Positions 12,900 to 26,315 of a stretch of DNA of 64,000 nt are shown here, one piece after another; position 1 is the stretch's first letter; every line of letters begins with the position of its first letter. A model generated the notes under the pieces. The model worked only from the letters and a program-made list of their open reading frames with translations, made no database searches and had not been told where the DNA came from. Made by a program: the position numbers and the translations under genes. Source of the stretch: Octopus sinensis (lineage: Eukaryota); contig NC_043009.1 of assembly GCF_006345805.1 (NCBI RefSeq), positions 38,006,001-38,070,000 of the forward strand, in the 5' to 3' direction.

Positions 12900-13075
12900 G
12901 TACAGTATTCTGTGAAAAACATGTCTGGCCATGGAGAAATATTATCTTGCTTGGAAATAGATGAGGGTTGGCAACAGGAAGGGCACCCGACTGTAGAAAA
13001 TCTGGCTGCACAAATTGCATTCAACCCATGCAAGCATGAAGAAGTGGACATTAAATGAGGATAATGATGAGAGGA
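12900..13075 (+). mobile_element. RTE-type 3' tail (C2)
   Basis: ggttggcaacaggaagggcacccgactgtagaaaa...ccatgcaagcatgaagaagtggacattaaatgaggataatgatg. Confidence 0.75.
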
Positions 13076-13787
13076 CATTGTAATAATGGTGACACACACA
13101 GACGATAAGATGTAACAAGGACAAGAGATTCAAAAAAGACTTTTTGATGAAAATACAAGAAGCAGAAGGCCATAATTACTAGTTCTTCAAGTGAAGTGAA
13201 TTATATGGTGTAATTTAAGACCAGTGATAATAATTTTTATAATATATTTGAAATTAAAGTCTTGCAGTCTTTCAGAGAAAATCCTTGTTTATTTTTGTCA
13301 TTTTTATTATTATTTTTTTTTTTTTGGTGTCTTATCATTTTAACTTTGATTTCCTTCTTAAAATAGTTCTAACAAGCAATAACCACAAAACAGTATGGTG
13401 TTTGTATAATTTTAAAATTTAATTCTGTTTCGATTTTTTTGCTTTATTTGACTAGCTTCCTTTAACTATTGAAGTTTGTGAAACTATACACCAGAAACAA
13501 ACATTTGGATTATTATTATTATCATTATTATTATTATTACCACTACTATTATTTTTTTTTTTTTTGCTTTATATGACATTGTGTGGCAAGAAGGTTTATT
13601 CAGGCAAATAATAGTACATTTAAACAAGAATCTGTTAGAACTTGGAATAAATAACTTGAGTTTAATATTACACAATGTTGGAACACTGGTTTATAGCCGA
13701 ATACACTTTCATTATCAAAAGAGGCCAATGACGGTATTTTGTGCCATGCACACAAGAAATTTTCACTTCTTGCAAGACAGCTCCATT

Positions 13788-13845
13788 TCAGCAGCACTCT
13801 TGTCTTAACACATGCTCTGTGTTTATTTTCTTTCCATTAGCATTC
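13788..13845 (-). CDS. Candidate terminal coding exon ending ...NANGKKINTEHVLRQECC*
   Basis: Acceptor tctatcttatccttattttcag; only one frame stays open beyond a few codons. AATAAA at 13600-13595 lies about 190 nt past the stop. Upstream exon not found. Confidence 0.3.
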
Positions 13846-13975
13846 CTGAAAATAAGGATAAGATAGACGGCCTGGTCTGTCTGAGCTTCAGTGAGCATAC
13901 CAATGTTAATGAATAAGACGTTTTGTCGAGAAGGAAATAGATAGGAATCTTATACTATGTGTTGAAAATCTTATT

Positions 13976-14061
13976 TCAATATTGCTTCAATTTCACCATT
14001 ATATAAATATATACACACACGAGTGTATGTGGGTGTGTGCGTTTATATATATATGTGTGTG

Positions 14062-14109
<48 letters not shown>

Positions 14110-14181
14110 TACACACATGCATGTGTGCAACAGTATTTATATATATATATATATACATACACACATGAATGCGTGCAAGAG

Positions 14182-14217
<36 letters not shown>

Positions 14218-14249
14218 CACACACATACACACATGCATGCGTGCAAGAG

Positions 14250-14284
<35 letters not shown>
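13976..14284. repeat. (TA)n/(CA)n array with a three-copy higher-order unit (catgcatgcgtgcaagagtattta(TA)n)
   Basis: Direct reading. Confidence 0.9.
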
Positions 14285-14287
<3 letters not shown>

Positions 14288-15079
14288 ATGTTTGGAGTAG
14301 GATGGGCAGAAAATTGAGAATAAGAAGCAATGATGAAAATTAAACTATGAAAATAAATGATAAAATGGAAAAAAAGAATTAAAAAAAAAACATTGAAAAA
14401 TTTATTCTTTTTTTGTTTTATTTTTGCAAAAAAATTTTTTTGTTGTTGCGATTATTTTTATTTGAAAAGTTTATTGTATACAAATTGTATTAATTCTTAA
14501 CAGTCATGGAAATATTGATTTAAATAATTCAGATAAATATCAATTGTTTAAAGAGAGCTGAGTTAAAGCAGAATTTAAGAGACTACTACAGAAAACAGAA
14601 AACAGGAAAAAAAAAAAAAGGATGAAGAGAAAAATTCAGAAAAAAATAGAAGAGAATGGGGAAAATTTTATAAGAACTAGGATTAAGAAACGTAAGTCAA
14701 GATACTTATTTACACTAAACTTAAAAGGAAAAAAGGTCAGTATGATCTCGGAAAACATTTAAGAGGAAAAGCTATGTGAAATGGAAACTAGATATCGTGG
14801 TGTAGAGATAGTGTCATAGAACTCTGCAACAAAGTATCAATGATTGTAAACATGAAGATAAGAAATCTTTTGCCAGAAGGCAAGATTTTTAAAAGATCTT
14901 TGTTATACTGATTGTGGTCATAACCATAGAAGAATGGTAAACGAAGAACGTTTCTTCAACCTTTATTTTTATTCAATTCTTAACCACTGGGGCATGATAT
15001 CGGTCATTGTATTTGCTAATCAAAATGCTAGAATATATTGTTCCGTTTCTATCACAGACTTGAGAAATATATATATATG

Positions 15080-15117
<38 letters not shown>

Positions 15118-15210
15118 CATACATAAGTATGTGTGAGTACATATGCACATGAGTGTATGCAAGTAGGCATATGGGCATATATATATTAATGTGTGTGAAT
15201 GTGCACATTA

Positions 15211-15249
<39 letters not shown>

Positions 15250-15785
15250 CTTTTTAGGAAAGTCTGTCCATTAACTTAATGAAACTTAACTTATAGAATA
15301 TAAAGGTGGTACTACTACCATCACCAACACCACCACCACCACCAACAACAACTGCTGTCACTACTACTACTACCAGCACCACCACCACCATAATTGCTGC
15401 CATCATCTCCATCACCACCACCGTGTTTATCTTAATGATGATATGTCTCTAACACAATGAAAGGAAGATTTTATTACAAAATGAAGAACGGAGAATACGT
15501 GAACAAAATAAGGAAACAATATTAGAAGGATAAATATTTTCAAGAAAGTCTTTAATTTAATATGAATGAGAGAAACATATTTCAGAGAGAGGGGGGACGA
15601 GGGAGAGGAGAGAGAGAGAGAGAGAGAAAAAACTATTTGGGAGATATTCAAATTATATCTAACATATAGTTTGAAACATGGATGCAAGAACAATACGTTT
15701 CCACATTCTTCCTTACTTTTTTTTACCATTTTATTTCATCATTGAAGAATTATATGTTAAACTGGAAGTTTATTATTTCCAAGCT

Positions 15786-15832
<47 letters not shown>

Positions 15833-16753
15833 GAACATTTACATGTAAGGTGACTCAGTACTGGCAGAGAGTAGATGTTTTACTTGTTTCAGTCACTGTA
15901 CTGTGGTCGTGCTGCGGTAAAACCCGGCAGAGTTTAGTCAAACAAACTGACCCCAGTATTTATCCAGGTTAAAGTCTGGTACATATTCTAATGCATTTCT
16001 TTTGCTGAACTAGAAGACACCCAAGAATTGAACCCAAGACCATATGGTTAGGAAGCAAGCTTCTTACAACAAACCAATGCCAGTTTTCAAGCGATGGTGG
16101 GGCACAAAACAAAATGATACCTACATACATACATTTCATACATGGGATTGCACCTAGAAAGTTGCTCTCTGAGGCACAAATCCAGGCAAAGGTTGATACA
16201 GCTTGTCACCAGTGTCATCCCAACTCATTTCTATAGCTGAGTGAACTGGAACAATGTGAAATAAAGTATCTTGCTCAAGAACACAACACGCGGCCCAGTC
16301 TGAGAATCAAACTCACTACCTCATGCAATCCCATGGTCATTCATAACTGAAGAGGGTCTTTACTCTTTTTACCCTTTATTATATATATATATATATATAT
16401 ATAAAGGGTAAAAAGAGTATATATATATATGAATGCGTGCGTGCACACACATGTATATATATGATGGGCTTCCACAGTTTCTGTCAACCAAATTTACTCA
16501 TAGAGCATTGATCAGCCCGGGGATACAGTAAGACACTTGCCTAAGGTGCTGTGTGGTAGGACTGAACCTGAAACCACATAATTGTAAAGTGCTCTTCTTA
16601 GCCACACACCCACGCTTGTGCCTAAAATCAAATTTATTATAACTTTTGTGTCAAGTTTTGCCTGACAGCTTATTCAATCAGCCAGCATGAAATTTAAAAT
16701 AAATCATTGAAGAATTACTAATTTCTTATTGCTGTATTCCACATTATCTAAAT

Positions 16754-17014
16754 CGGTGGTTTCCAACCATTTTTTGCCTATGATCCTCTGTGATTTCTAT
16801 TTTACTTGGATGGTTCCTCAAAGCCAGTCAATGTCTAAAAAATCCTATTATATTTCTATAAGTAGTTATTATTAGAAATTATGTAATAAATTGCTGAAAT
16901 ATTTTTAGTGTATTGTGGAAATATAAGTAATTTATTGCACATAAATTTTAACAACAAAATCTTACATGAACCCCCACTCACCAGGGTCACATGGACCCTA
17001 GTAGAGAACCGCTG
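16754..17014. mobile_element. hAT-type MITE
   Basis: Ends cggtggtttccaacc and agtagagaaccgctg; 8-bp TSD atctaaat / ttctaaat (7 of 8 match). Confidence 0.8.
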
Positions 17015-18387
17015 TTCTAAATTTCAACATTTTCAAGGCAAGGTTTTGGAATAACTATCACTAGCTTATGGAGAAGATAAAGGGCAAGGAATTGAGAAGC
17101 TTTGGTTCTTTTTTGTCTTTAGCTTTCCTGTGTTTTGTACATTGAAAAATGGTTCTGAAAGAATTCTTTTGTCCCTCTAGAACTAAATTGTTTTTGTTTT
17201 TTTTATATATGTATCTTGCTTCTCCATTCTGTGTCCCTTTCCTTCCCCATGGTGTAGTCATAGTTATTCTAAACCTCTGCTGTTTGCAATTGCTGTCAAT
17301 TGATCAATAAAATGGCAACACTCAGACTACTTTAGAGCAACGTTGGTTTAGTTTAAAAACTCTTTTACAGGAACAAACACAAGACGTAACATGCTGGATC
17401 AAAAGAATTCTCATTAAGTCTTGTATGGAAAATTAATCTATCTAAATACAGTCGCTGGTAAAAGGAAGCAAAGGGTTTGAATTAACATTCTAGAATCGCA
17501 GCCCCATAGTCTTCAAGGCACTGAAAAGAGCAAACAAATACAAACAAAATGGTAATTAATGATAAAGAAGATAAAAAAATTGAATTCCACTCTATGACTA
17601 AGTAAGATAGGTGGAAGCATGACTGGCTGTGTGGGTAAGAGGTTCAATTCATCATAGTGCAGTTCAGGTTTGATTAGGTTTGATTTTGCTATTGAAAGGT
17701 TACATTGTTTGGTCTTTGTGCAGGCGTTCCTGTTTTGAAGTGACTATCCAATTTAAAAAAAAAAATCTCTTGCTTTTTTTTTTTTTTACTTTTACTTGCT
17801 TCAGTTATTGGACTGTGGCCAAGCTGGGGCACTGCCTTAAAGGATTTAGTTGAATAATCAATCCCAGTTCTTTTTGTTTTTCTTTTGAAAGCCAAGTATT
17901 TATTTTATCGGCCTCATTGCCAAGCAACTAAGGTAAAGGGACTTAAACATAAACATAACAAACAGGTTGTCAAGAGGTGTGCATGCAAGGCTGTACTGGT
18001 GGTGTTGGGGGTAATACACAAACACACACACATGTATATATGATGGGCTTCACGAGTTTCCATCTACTAAATTCACTCAAGGCATAGGTTGGCGATAGAA
18101 GACACTTGCTCAAGGTGCTGTGCAGTTAAACTGAACCCGAAACCATGTAATTACAAAGTGAGCTTCTTAACCACATAGCCATGCCTGAGCTCATAGAAAT
18201 GTTTTGGACATTTGATAATTATTTTGTAGTTACTATCTCAAAGTTATATTTGCACTGTAGTTCTAGCAAAAAAGTAACTTTGTAACTCCACACAGATTAA
18301 TAAAAAATATATTATTTGACCCGTTTGTTACCATATTTCTGTTGAAATACACAATCTTTGTTTGAAATAATTTCTGAACGTTGTCGA

Positions 18388-18630
18388 TGCCAGCCCCCCC
18401 CCCCCCCCCGCTCTGACTGGCTCCTGTGCTGGTAGCACTTAAAAAAGCACCATCTGAACATGGCTGATGCCAGTGCCGCTTGACTGGCTCCCATGCTGGT
18501 GGCATGTAAAAAGCACCCACTACACTCTTGGAGTGGTTGGCATTAGGAAGGGCATCCAGCTGTAGAGACATTGCCAGATCAGATTGCAGCCTGGTGCGGC
18601 CTCCTCGCTTGCCAGTCCCTAGTCAAACAA
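18388..18630 (+). mobile_element. RTE-type tail family C1 (two internal units of about 65 bp)
   Basis: gactggctcctgtgctggtagcac..., then ggttggcattaggaagggcatccagctgtag. Confidence 0.8.
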
Positions 18631-20979
18631 CTTGACCTCTTGCTTTCCAAGATCCCAGATGAACTAATATCAAGGCAAGAAATTCAAAAGAGGGCTGTGT
18701 TATAGAACTCCCTCCTTTACCAAAAGCCAACCTCATAGAATTGGCCAATTAAAAAGTGATTAAACTGGCGGTGCCCTAGCATGGCTACAGCCTCACAAGT
18801 GAAACATATAAAAGAATACATACATGCATACACACACACAAATACATATATATATATACACACACACACACTTATGTAAATATATATATATATATATACA
18901 TACACACACACACTTATGTAAATATATATATATATATATATACATACACACACACACAACAGGCTTCTGTCTACAAAATTCATTCACAAGGCTTTGGTTG
19001 TTCTGGGCCTATAGCAGAAGACATTTACCAAAGTTACACACACTAGAACTGAACTCAGAATGACATGGCTATGAAGTGAACTTGAAGAAGAAACTATAAA
19101 GAAGAAGAAAAAAAAAACTTGATGAAGTAACCATATATATATATATATATATATATATAAATTTTTTTTTCTGTCTTTAAATCCAATAGAGACTTTATAG
19201 CAGTAAAATTCCCGCTTGAGGAGTTACGTCATGTTAGGTTGTTTTGTGTTCTTGGATTGAATCATTATTATTGTCGAAACCTCCAGGAATGAAAATAAAT
19301 TACACTGTTGCTTAGAAAGAACATAACACGAGGTGGGGGTGGGATGGACAAAATTTAGAACCCAATTCATGTATTTTCAGGTTAGATAAACTTTAATACT
19401 CTATCCATTTAACGATATGGAATTTTATCCCTACCCGCCCTTAACCTTCCCCATTTCTTACATCATTTCTAGTCAGAAAATTCCATTCTGATATTGAAAA
19501 GTTCATTAAAATAGCTGAATATTATTCAGCAATCCATAAAAAACACATTCATTCATACACACACATACATACTCATACATACACACACATAACAAAAAAA
19601 AGATAAGGAAAAAATGTGTAAATATTGACAGATTAGAGCTGGATTTGTGGCAGTGAATTATTCTAAAGAGAGGTAGAAAAAAAGAAGGGAGATAATTATT
19701 AAACAATAGGGTATCTATCCTGAGTTATACACAGATGAGTTGTATATAATAAACTGAAATACATGACAAGCATATTAATGTATATTTTCCTGAGTAATCA
19801 ATCATATATAGTGTATAATGATATAGGTATGTGTATGGAGATACACATACACACATAGATAGATGGATACACGTACATACACTCACACATATATATGAAT
19901 GAATGAATGAATGAATGTATGTATGATATGAATATACTATAAAGATGGCTATAGCATAAAAGGAAATGTATTTTCAAGCAGTAGTTTTCCAGAAGATTTA
20001 GTTAGCACTGAAGAATACATTAGCTCCTTATCTACACTGAGAAAATAACCAACACGATATGTAGCTATAATGTAGTCCATGATGGAAAGAACTTCTTTCT
20101 CTCCCTGCTCATTACAGGCTCACTGCAACTATGAAACAGATAAGAGGGAATTTTACATCCCAGCAGTTATCTAAATGTGAGTTAAGTTGCTGGAACGGAG
20201 TAATATGAACACAAAGATACTTGCTCAAATAATAAATATATTTTTATTAGGCTGAATGAAGTTACAAAGTTATTTTAATAGCTAGAATCACTATGCAAAT
20301 ATAACATTGAGGAAATAACTGCAAAATAAGTATCAAATTTTCTACAATTGACAACGTTTATGAACATCTTGTGAAAGCAGTCGTAAAAAACCATCTCTTC
20401 TTTTTCCCAGAGAAACTTTCTATAAATGGATATTCTCTGCAAAATGGAAAAGCTTTGGCTAAAGACTGAACAAAACAACTTTTGAATAGATTATTTTAAT
20501 GGTCAGAATAACACAGTTTGATCACATTTAGATTGTTAGTGGTAAAAGAATAACAGTCTGGAAAGAAGAATGGTAAAGGAGTTTATGTGAGAAGGTCTTG
20601 CAGATAATAACATTCCCTCTTGCAATGCATATTTATAAATGTTAATCATATCCATCCTTTTAATGAACTGATTTTTGGTTAGCAGCAGATTCCAAAAATA
20701 AAAAAAAGGAATACTAAAAATATTTGAAAAGATCTTTTATCACTGGAATTATTTCCGAAATTGTTGAGTTTAAGAGAGCAAACTTTGGCTGCCAATCATT
20801 CTTATAGAAACAGAGATATATTTCTACTTTCTTTGTTGCAGCGTACTGGAAAGTTAAAGCTGAACATATGCGTACATGAACAACACACACACACACACAC
20901 ACACACACACCACACACACTCTGAGGAATTTAATTGCTGTTTTATGTGTAGTGATGTTGTCATGAAATTAAAGCTTTAA

Positions 20980-21159
20980 CCCTTTAGCATTTAAGCCGGT
21001 CAGATCAGGCTTCTCACACCCACCCTACAATGCACTTCTAAAAATATGCATTTTCTTATAGCTTCAAAATTTTGATGATGTAAATGTTCGATTAATTTAA
21101 AACAATATGAATAAATAAATAGGCATTACACTTGACAGAGTAACCTGAATGCTAAAAGG
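20980..21159. mobile_element. piggyBac-type (TTAA) MITE, family 1
   Basis: TTAA|CCCTTTAGCATT ... AATGCTAAAAGG|TTAA, with TTAA at 20976-20979 and 21160-21163. Confidence 0.85.
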
Positions 21160-21163
21160 TTAA

Positions 21164-21580
21164 GGCGCAGGAGTGGCTGTGTGGTAAGTAGCTTGTTTAC
21201 CAACCACATGATTCCGGGTTCAGTCCCACTGCGTGGCACCTTGGGCAAGTGTCTTCTACTATAGCCTCGGGCTGACCAAAGCCTTGTGAGTGGATTTGGT
21301 AGACGGAAACTGAAAGAAGTCTGTCGTATATATGTATATATATATATATTCGTGTGTGTGTTTGTGTGTCTGTGTTTGTCCCCCTAGCATTGCTTGACAA
21401 CCGATGCTGGTGTGTTTATGTCCCCGTTACTTAGCGGTTCGGCAAAAGAGGCCGATAGAATAAGTACTAGGCTTACAAAAGAATAAGTCCCGGGGTCAAG
21501 TTGCTCGATTAAAAAGGCGGTGCTCCAGCATGGCCGCAGTCAAATGACTGAAACAAGTAAAAGAGTAAAAAGAGTAAAGA
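21164..21580 (+). mobile_element. SINE family A, full length (tRNA-derived head, CORE-like domain, internal (TA)n(TG)n)
   Basis: A-box tggctgtgtggt, B-box ggttcagtccc, then ccttgggcaagt (CORE-like) and tail gactgaaacaagtaaaagag. It resembles, from recall, the octopus OR1/OR2 CORE-SINEs. Confidence 0.92.
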
Positions 21581-21984
21581 GAGGGGTCATCCTTTCAAAG
21601 ATGACCTAATGTATTTCAGGGTAGATTTAGCCATTTCAAAGCAGATTTTAGTTGCTTGGAGTAAGTTGAATAAATACACAAGAGTTCCATTTCTATTTCA
21701 ATAATTTTGTTATTCAATGTTTTGCTTGTATTAAGATACCAATCACCTACAATAATACATACCATGTTTGATATGGTAACCGTCATATTTTGTATTAGCT
21801 CAGGCAGAAGCTATTGAATCACAGACAGAAACATTATCAGGCGGTTAAGAAGTCCATTTCACATCCATGTGGTTTTGTGTTCAGTCCCACTGTGCAATAC
21901 CTTGAGCAAGTGTCTTTTACTATTGCTTCAAGTCAACCAATAACTTAATAAGTGAATTTGGTAGATGGAAACTGCACATAGTAG

Positions 21985-22092
<108 letters not shown>

Positions 22093-22099
22093 CAAATGT

Positions 22100-23066
22100 T
22101 GTGTGCAACAAAGGAGATGGTGATTGTATGGACCCATGATGCATATGGATGAAAAAAAAGCTGTACCAATAAGTGCCGAATTGCTAAATGTGACCAGAAC
22201 TTGTGGAAGAGGGGGACCCGGGAAGAGATGAGATGAGATGAAGTGGTTAAACCTGATGGAGGAGACAACATAAGTCTGAGATCTCTGGCAATATGAGGTT
22301 CTTGCAAAGACTGCTTCCATGTCAGCAAAACTGAGTTCTGGAAGTGCTGTTATAGTAACTCATCCCCCACCACTCCCATGCATTAGGCCTGTGGCTTCTC
22401 ATCCCCAGCACCAGTTCCTGGAGACTACCAACCATGTCATCCCTCTCTCTTGTCTTCCCCACCTGACAACTGTATCATCTTTACAACTCTTGCTACCTGA
22501 CCCCTCTCTCTTCTGCATCCCTCTATCCCCTCCCAACTTATGGCTCTTTGCTCATCCAACCTTCAATCCACCCTACCCTTCCCATCCACTCAATCTCTTT
22601 CTCATACAAACTTGCAAACTGATACATCAGCTAACCTTGTGTCTTGTGGGGCCAATTAGGCACTGCATTGCTGTTATCTAACTATCTCTCGCAGTTCCTA
22701 CCGTTCATTTTCTTTTCCTTTCCCTTCTTCTACTAGATGTGAGTAACCAAGCAGATCCTCTACAAGAACCAGCACTACACCCACTTCTCACACTTCAGTC
22801 CTCTCATCAACCAGCATGAAGCCGACCTCCACCCCAGCAAGGATTTGCAGTTCTGTGAGCTGCATAGCAACCACAATAGTGCAGGTAGCATGAGAAAAGC
22901 AACCAGTCCACACTGTAAAGTGGTTGACATTAAGAAGAGCATCTGACAGTAGAAACCATGCCGAAACAGACATTGTAGCATGATGCAGTCCTTGGAGACA
23001 TACGATCCTGTCAAATCGTCCAGTCCATGACAGCATAGAGGTTGGATGTTAAACAATGGTGATAAT
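22100..23066 (+). mobile_element. RTE-clade LINE 3' fragment (RT C-terminus remnant plus 3' UTR)
   Basis: LYGPMMHMDEKK...LLNVTRTCGRGGPGKR*DE matches the RTE end motif WYGHVMRMD...G.RGRPRKTW.E. The 3' end carries the same tail as family C. Confidence 0.8.
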
Positions 23067-23589
23067 ATACTTCATATAAGAAAACAAAAAAACTATTGCA
23101 TTCCAAGCAGTGAAATTTTTTGTCAATTCCTTATCAACATGTAATTCACTGGCTTTGAACTGTCAAACACATGTGAAGCAACAGATCTTTTACTTGAAAA
23201 GTGAAGAACGAGAGAAGGTTAGAGACAGGAAGGGCATTTGGCTATAAAACGATACTTCAATACATATTCAGCTAACACATGCATGGAAAAACATAAGTAA
23301 AACCATTGAAGAATTTATGTGTGCACATGAGCTTGTGTGTGTGTGTGTGCATTTATCTCTCACTGTTTGACAGACTGGTATTGGTTTATTTACATTCCTT
23401 TAAGTCAATGGTTTGGCAGACAAAAAGATGCCACTAGAATAAATACAAGACAGAAAATTAGCACTGGGATCAATTAAACTGACTAAACTTTTCAAGGCAG
23501 AGCCCCAGCAAGGCTGCTGTCCAATGACTGAAACAAGTGAAATAATAAAAGCATGTATTCTTGCTGTATGTTTGCTCAACCAATGAGAG

Positions 23590-23945
23590 TTGCTGGCTGG
23601 GTGCTGTTCCTGTAGCTAATCCTCACCTGCTTCAAAGCAAGCTAATTTTCCGAACAACTGGACTAATTTTAATGGAAGACTGGGAATGAATGACATCCTT
23701 TGTGTGATGCTGACACTCACTTACACATGTCCTTTGATGTTAGGACACAGAAACACAAACGCACGCACACACACACACACACACAATGGGCTTCTCTCAG
23801 TTTCTGACTCCTAAATCCACTCACAAGGCTTTGGTTGGCTTGGGGTTATAGTAGAAGACACTTGCCCAAGGTGCCACATAGTGGGACTGAACTTGAAACC
23901 ACATGGTTGGGAAGCAAGTTTTTTAACCATACAACCATGTCTGTC
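23590..23945 (-). mobile_element. SINE with family A head and decayed C2-type tail
   Basis: The A head at 23785-23945 is clear; the tail at 23590-23760 is degraded. Confidence 0.65.
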
Positions 23946-24143
23946 TCTCAGAAACTGTGCCAGTCCACCTTCTTTAAAAATGTAACAGTAAATTAAATTA
24001 AATTGATTTTTTGCATAAACAAATGACCAAAAATTTTAGTGGGAGGGAACAAATATTCATATGAACCCCAGTATTGGTCTGATCCTTTATTTCTATTGAC
24101 CCTAAGAGGATTAAAGGCAAAGTTGATCATTGTGTGATTTGAA

Positions 24144-24640
24144 CTCTTTAGCATTCAGATTATTCTGTTAAATGTAATGCTTATTTATTCACATTCTTAA
24201 AAATCAATTATTCATGATCTCATAGCTTTGAGATTTTAACAATGTGATTGTTTACTTTTAGTATGATAATAAATAAAATAAATGCGCCCTTTTAAAGCCT
24301 AGCCAGGCTCATGGGCCCGGTCTCCTGGTTTCTATGGCGTATGTATTCTTCAGCTGGACGGGACACCAGTCCATCGCAGTGTTACTCATTTTTGCCAGCT
24401 GAGTGGACTGGAGCAACGTGAAATGAAGTGTTTTGCTCAATAACACAACGCGATGCCCAGTCCAGGAATCGAAACCACAATCTTATGATCATGATGCTGA
24501 CACACTAACCACTAAACCGCGTGCCTCCACTTTTAGTATGATATTGTAGGGTAAGTGTAAGAGACGGGATCTGGCTAGTTTGAACATAAACTGGTAGAAT
24601 ATTTGGCTCAGATATGGCTGGTTAAAATGCTGCTAAAGGG
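24144..24640. mobile_element. piggyBac-type MITE family 1, interrupted by a SINE
   Basis: ctctttagcattcagatt ... aatgctgctaaaggg|TTAA; halves are collinear with the copy at 40503-40721. Confidence 0.85.
24269..24528 (-). mobile_element. tRNA-derived SINE family D (V-domain-like motif gcgatggactggtgtcccgtccag)
   Basis: 15-bp TSD acttttagtatgata at 24254-24268 and 24529-24543; head gtggaggcacgcggtttagtggttag; A/T-rich tail. Confidence 0.88.
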
Positions 24641-25365
24641 TTAAATTAGATTAATATCAAATAACACATGTTTATTGTCTGTTCTATGCTATCCAACCAT
24701 TTTATACTATATTCTTCAGAGAGAGTGTGCTAATACTGTTGGACATAACGAAGGAATATGTTAGAGGAAAAGAGCTTTGAGAAACACTGTAGTAAGGTAC
24801 AGCATTTATTTTTTTAAGTTTGTTTCCCAGTGCTCTGCACTTATAGTCACCTTCATCTTCTGAAAAGAACATGGTGATTATAGCTCTAGGCAAAAATTGG
24901 AAAAGTTTCCACACTGGATTGACTTGGGAGCTTTTACGTACTGATAACAGAGTTCTTATTGCAGAATCTGTCAAATAGCTACAGGAAAAAAACCAAAAAA
25001 AAAAACTTCCAAATGAGGAAGAGTGGCTTAAAGGTTTAAAGATCAACACAGCAAAGACCTAAGTAGCACTTAGTCGCAGGGGAGCATGAAAACAAAATAA
25101 CATCTGGGAGATAACCATGAGGCCAGGATAAATAGGTGAAAAGGAAAATTTTCTTGACTCCATACTGTGTATTTGGTGCAGAAAATACAGGGAAGATACA
25201 AGCGCAATAAGATCACTGGTAGATTGCCAGGCGTGGTAGGGAAAAATAAGCATCCGTGAATTGTGCACCAATGAAATGAAACATACAACCTGGAGCTCTT
25301 ATGGAGAGAAAAAGAATTTAGTACTGAGTTGTGGGAAGCAGTCTTAAAAATTAAATGATTTAGCA

Positions 25366-25691
25366 CAGGGGTTCTCAACCATATTTTATCTATGGACCCC
25401 TTTCATTACTCTTTTATTCTGGTGGACCCCCATAGCCATCTGATGTTTAAAATTATAGAAATGTCTTTCAAAATTCCTATTTTGGCTTTCACATTAAATT
25501 GTTTAGGTGGATCTATGCAAAATGTTAGAGAAAGAAACCTATCTGTTTCTTACAATACATCTCAATAAAAATTTTTTCAGGGTCCCTTAAAATATTATTG
25601 TGAATTCCAAATTTACTATCTTATTACGTGGATCCCCAAAAATCTTATATAGACCCTCAGGGGCCACATGAACCTTGGCTGAGAACCACTG
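25366..25691. mobile_element. hAT-type MITE, related to 16754-17014
   Basis: Ends caggggttctcaacc and ggctgagaaccactg; 8-bp TSD atttagca / gtttagca. Confidence 0.85.
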
Positions 25692-25902
25692 GTTTAGCAT
25701 AATAATTGATTTCGATATATTTGTTGGATAGTATTTCAGCTCTTTATGTTCTGAAGTGTCTAAAACAAGAAACCATTATAATCACTAAGTAGCAGAGACA
25801 GATGATATACAAGGCAGTGTATGGTATGGTTCTATTGGGTTGTCCGGACTCTCTCTCACACACACACACAATTATTATTATTATTATTATCATTAAGGCA
25901 GA

Positions 25903-26315
25903 GCGTGATCGTTGCCAGAGCAACAAACTGGCTTCCATGCTGGTGGCATGTAAAAAGCACCATTCGAGCGTAATCGTTACCTGCATTGCCTTACTGGCAC
26001 TTGTGCTGGTGGTACGTGAAAAAAAACATTTGACCGAGGTTGTTGCCAGTGCCGCTGGACTGGCTCCTGTGCAGGTGCCACATAAAAAGCACCATTTGAG
26101 CATGGCTGTTGCCAGTACAGCCTGACTGGCTCTCGTACCGGTGGTATGTAAAAGCACCCACTACACTCTCTGAGTGGTTGGCATTAGGAAGGGCATCCAG
26201 CTGTAGAAACTTTGTCAGATCAGATTGGAGCCTGTGCAGCCAACTGGTTAGCCAGTCTTCAGTCAAATCGTCCAACCCATGCTAGCATGGAAAGCGGACG
26301 TTAAATGATGACGAT
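25903..26315 (+). mobile_element. RTE-type tail family C1 with about 3.6 tandem units of about 65 bp
   Basis: Repeated actggct...gctggtggca.gtaaaaagcacc; ends ccaacccatgctagcatggaaagcggacgttaaatgatgacgatg. Confidence 0.85.

Noticed and set aside
21164-21240. tRNA-like sequences at SINE heads
   Set aside because: They have A/B boxes but no complete cloverleaf, and run directly into SINE bodies; they are not tRNA genes.
11451-21660. Plus-strand mini-exon candidates at 11451-11515, 12162-12190, 13841-13890 and 21620-21660
   Set aside because: Splice sites look reasonable, but phases mostly do not chain and no peptide is recognisable. Such pairs arise by chance in AT-rich DNA.
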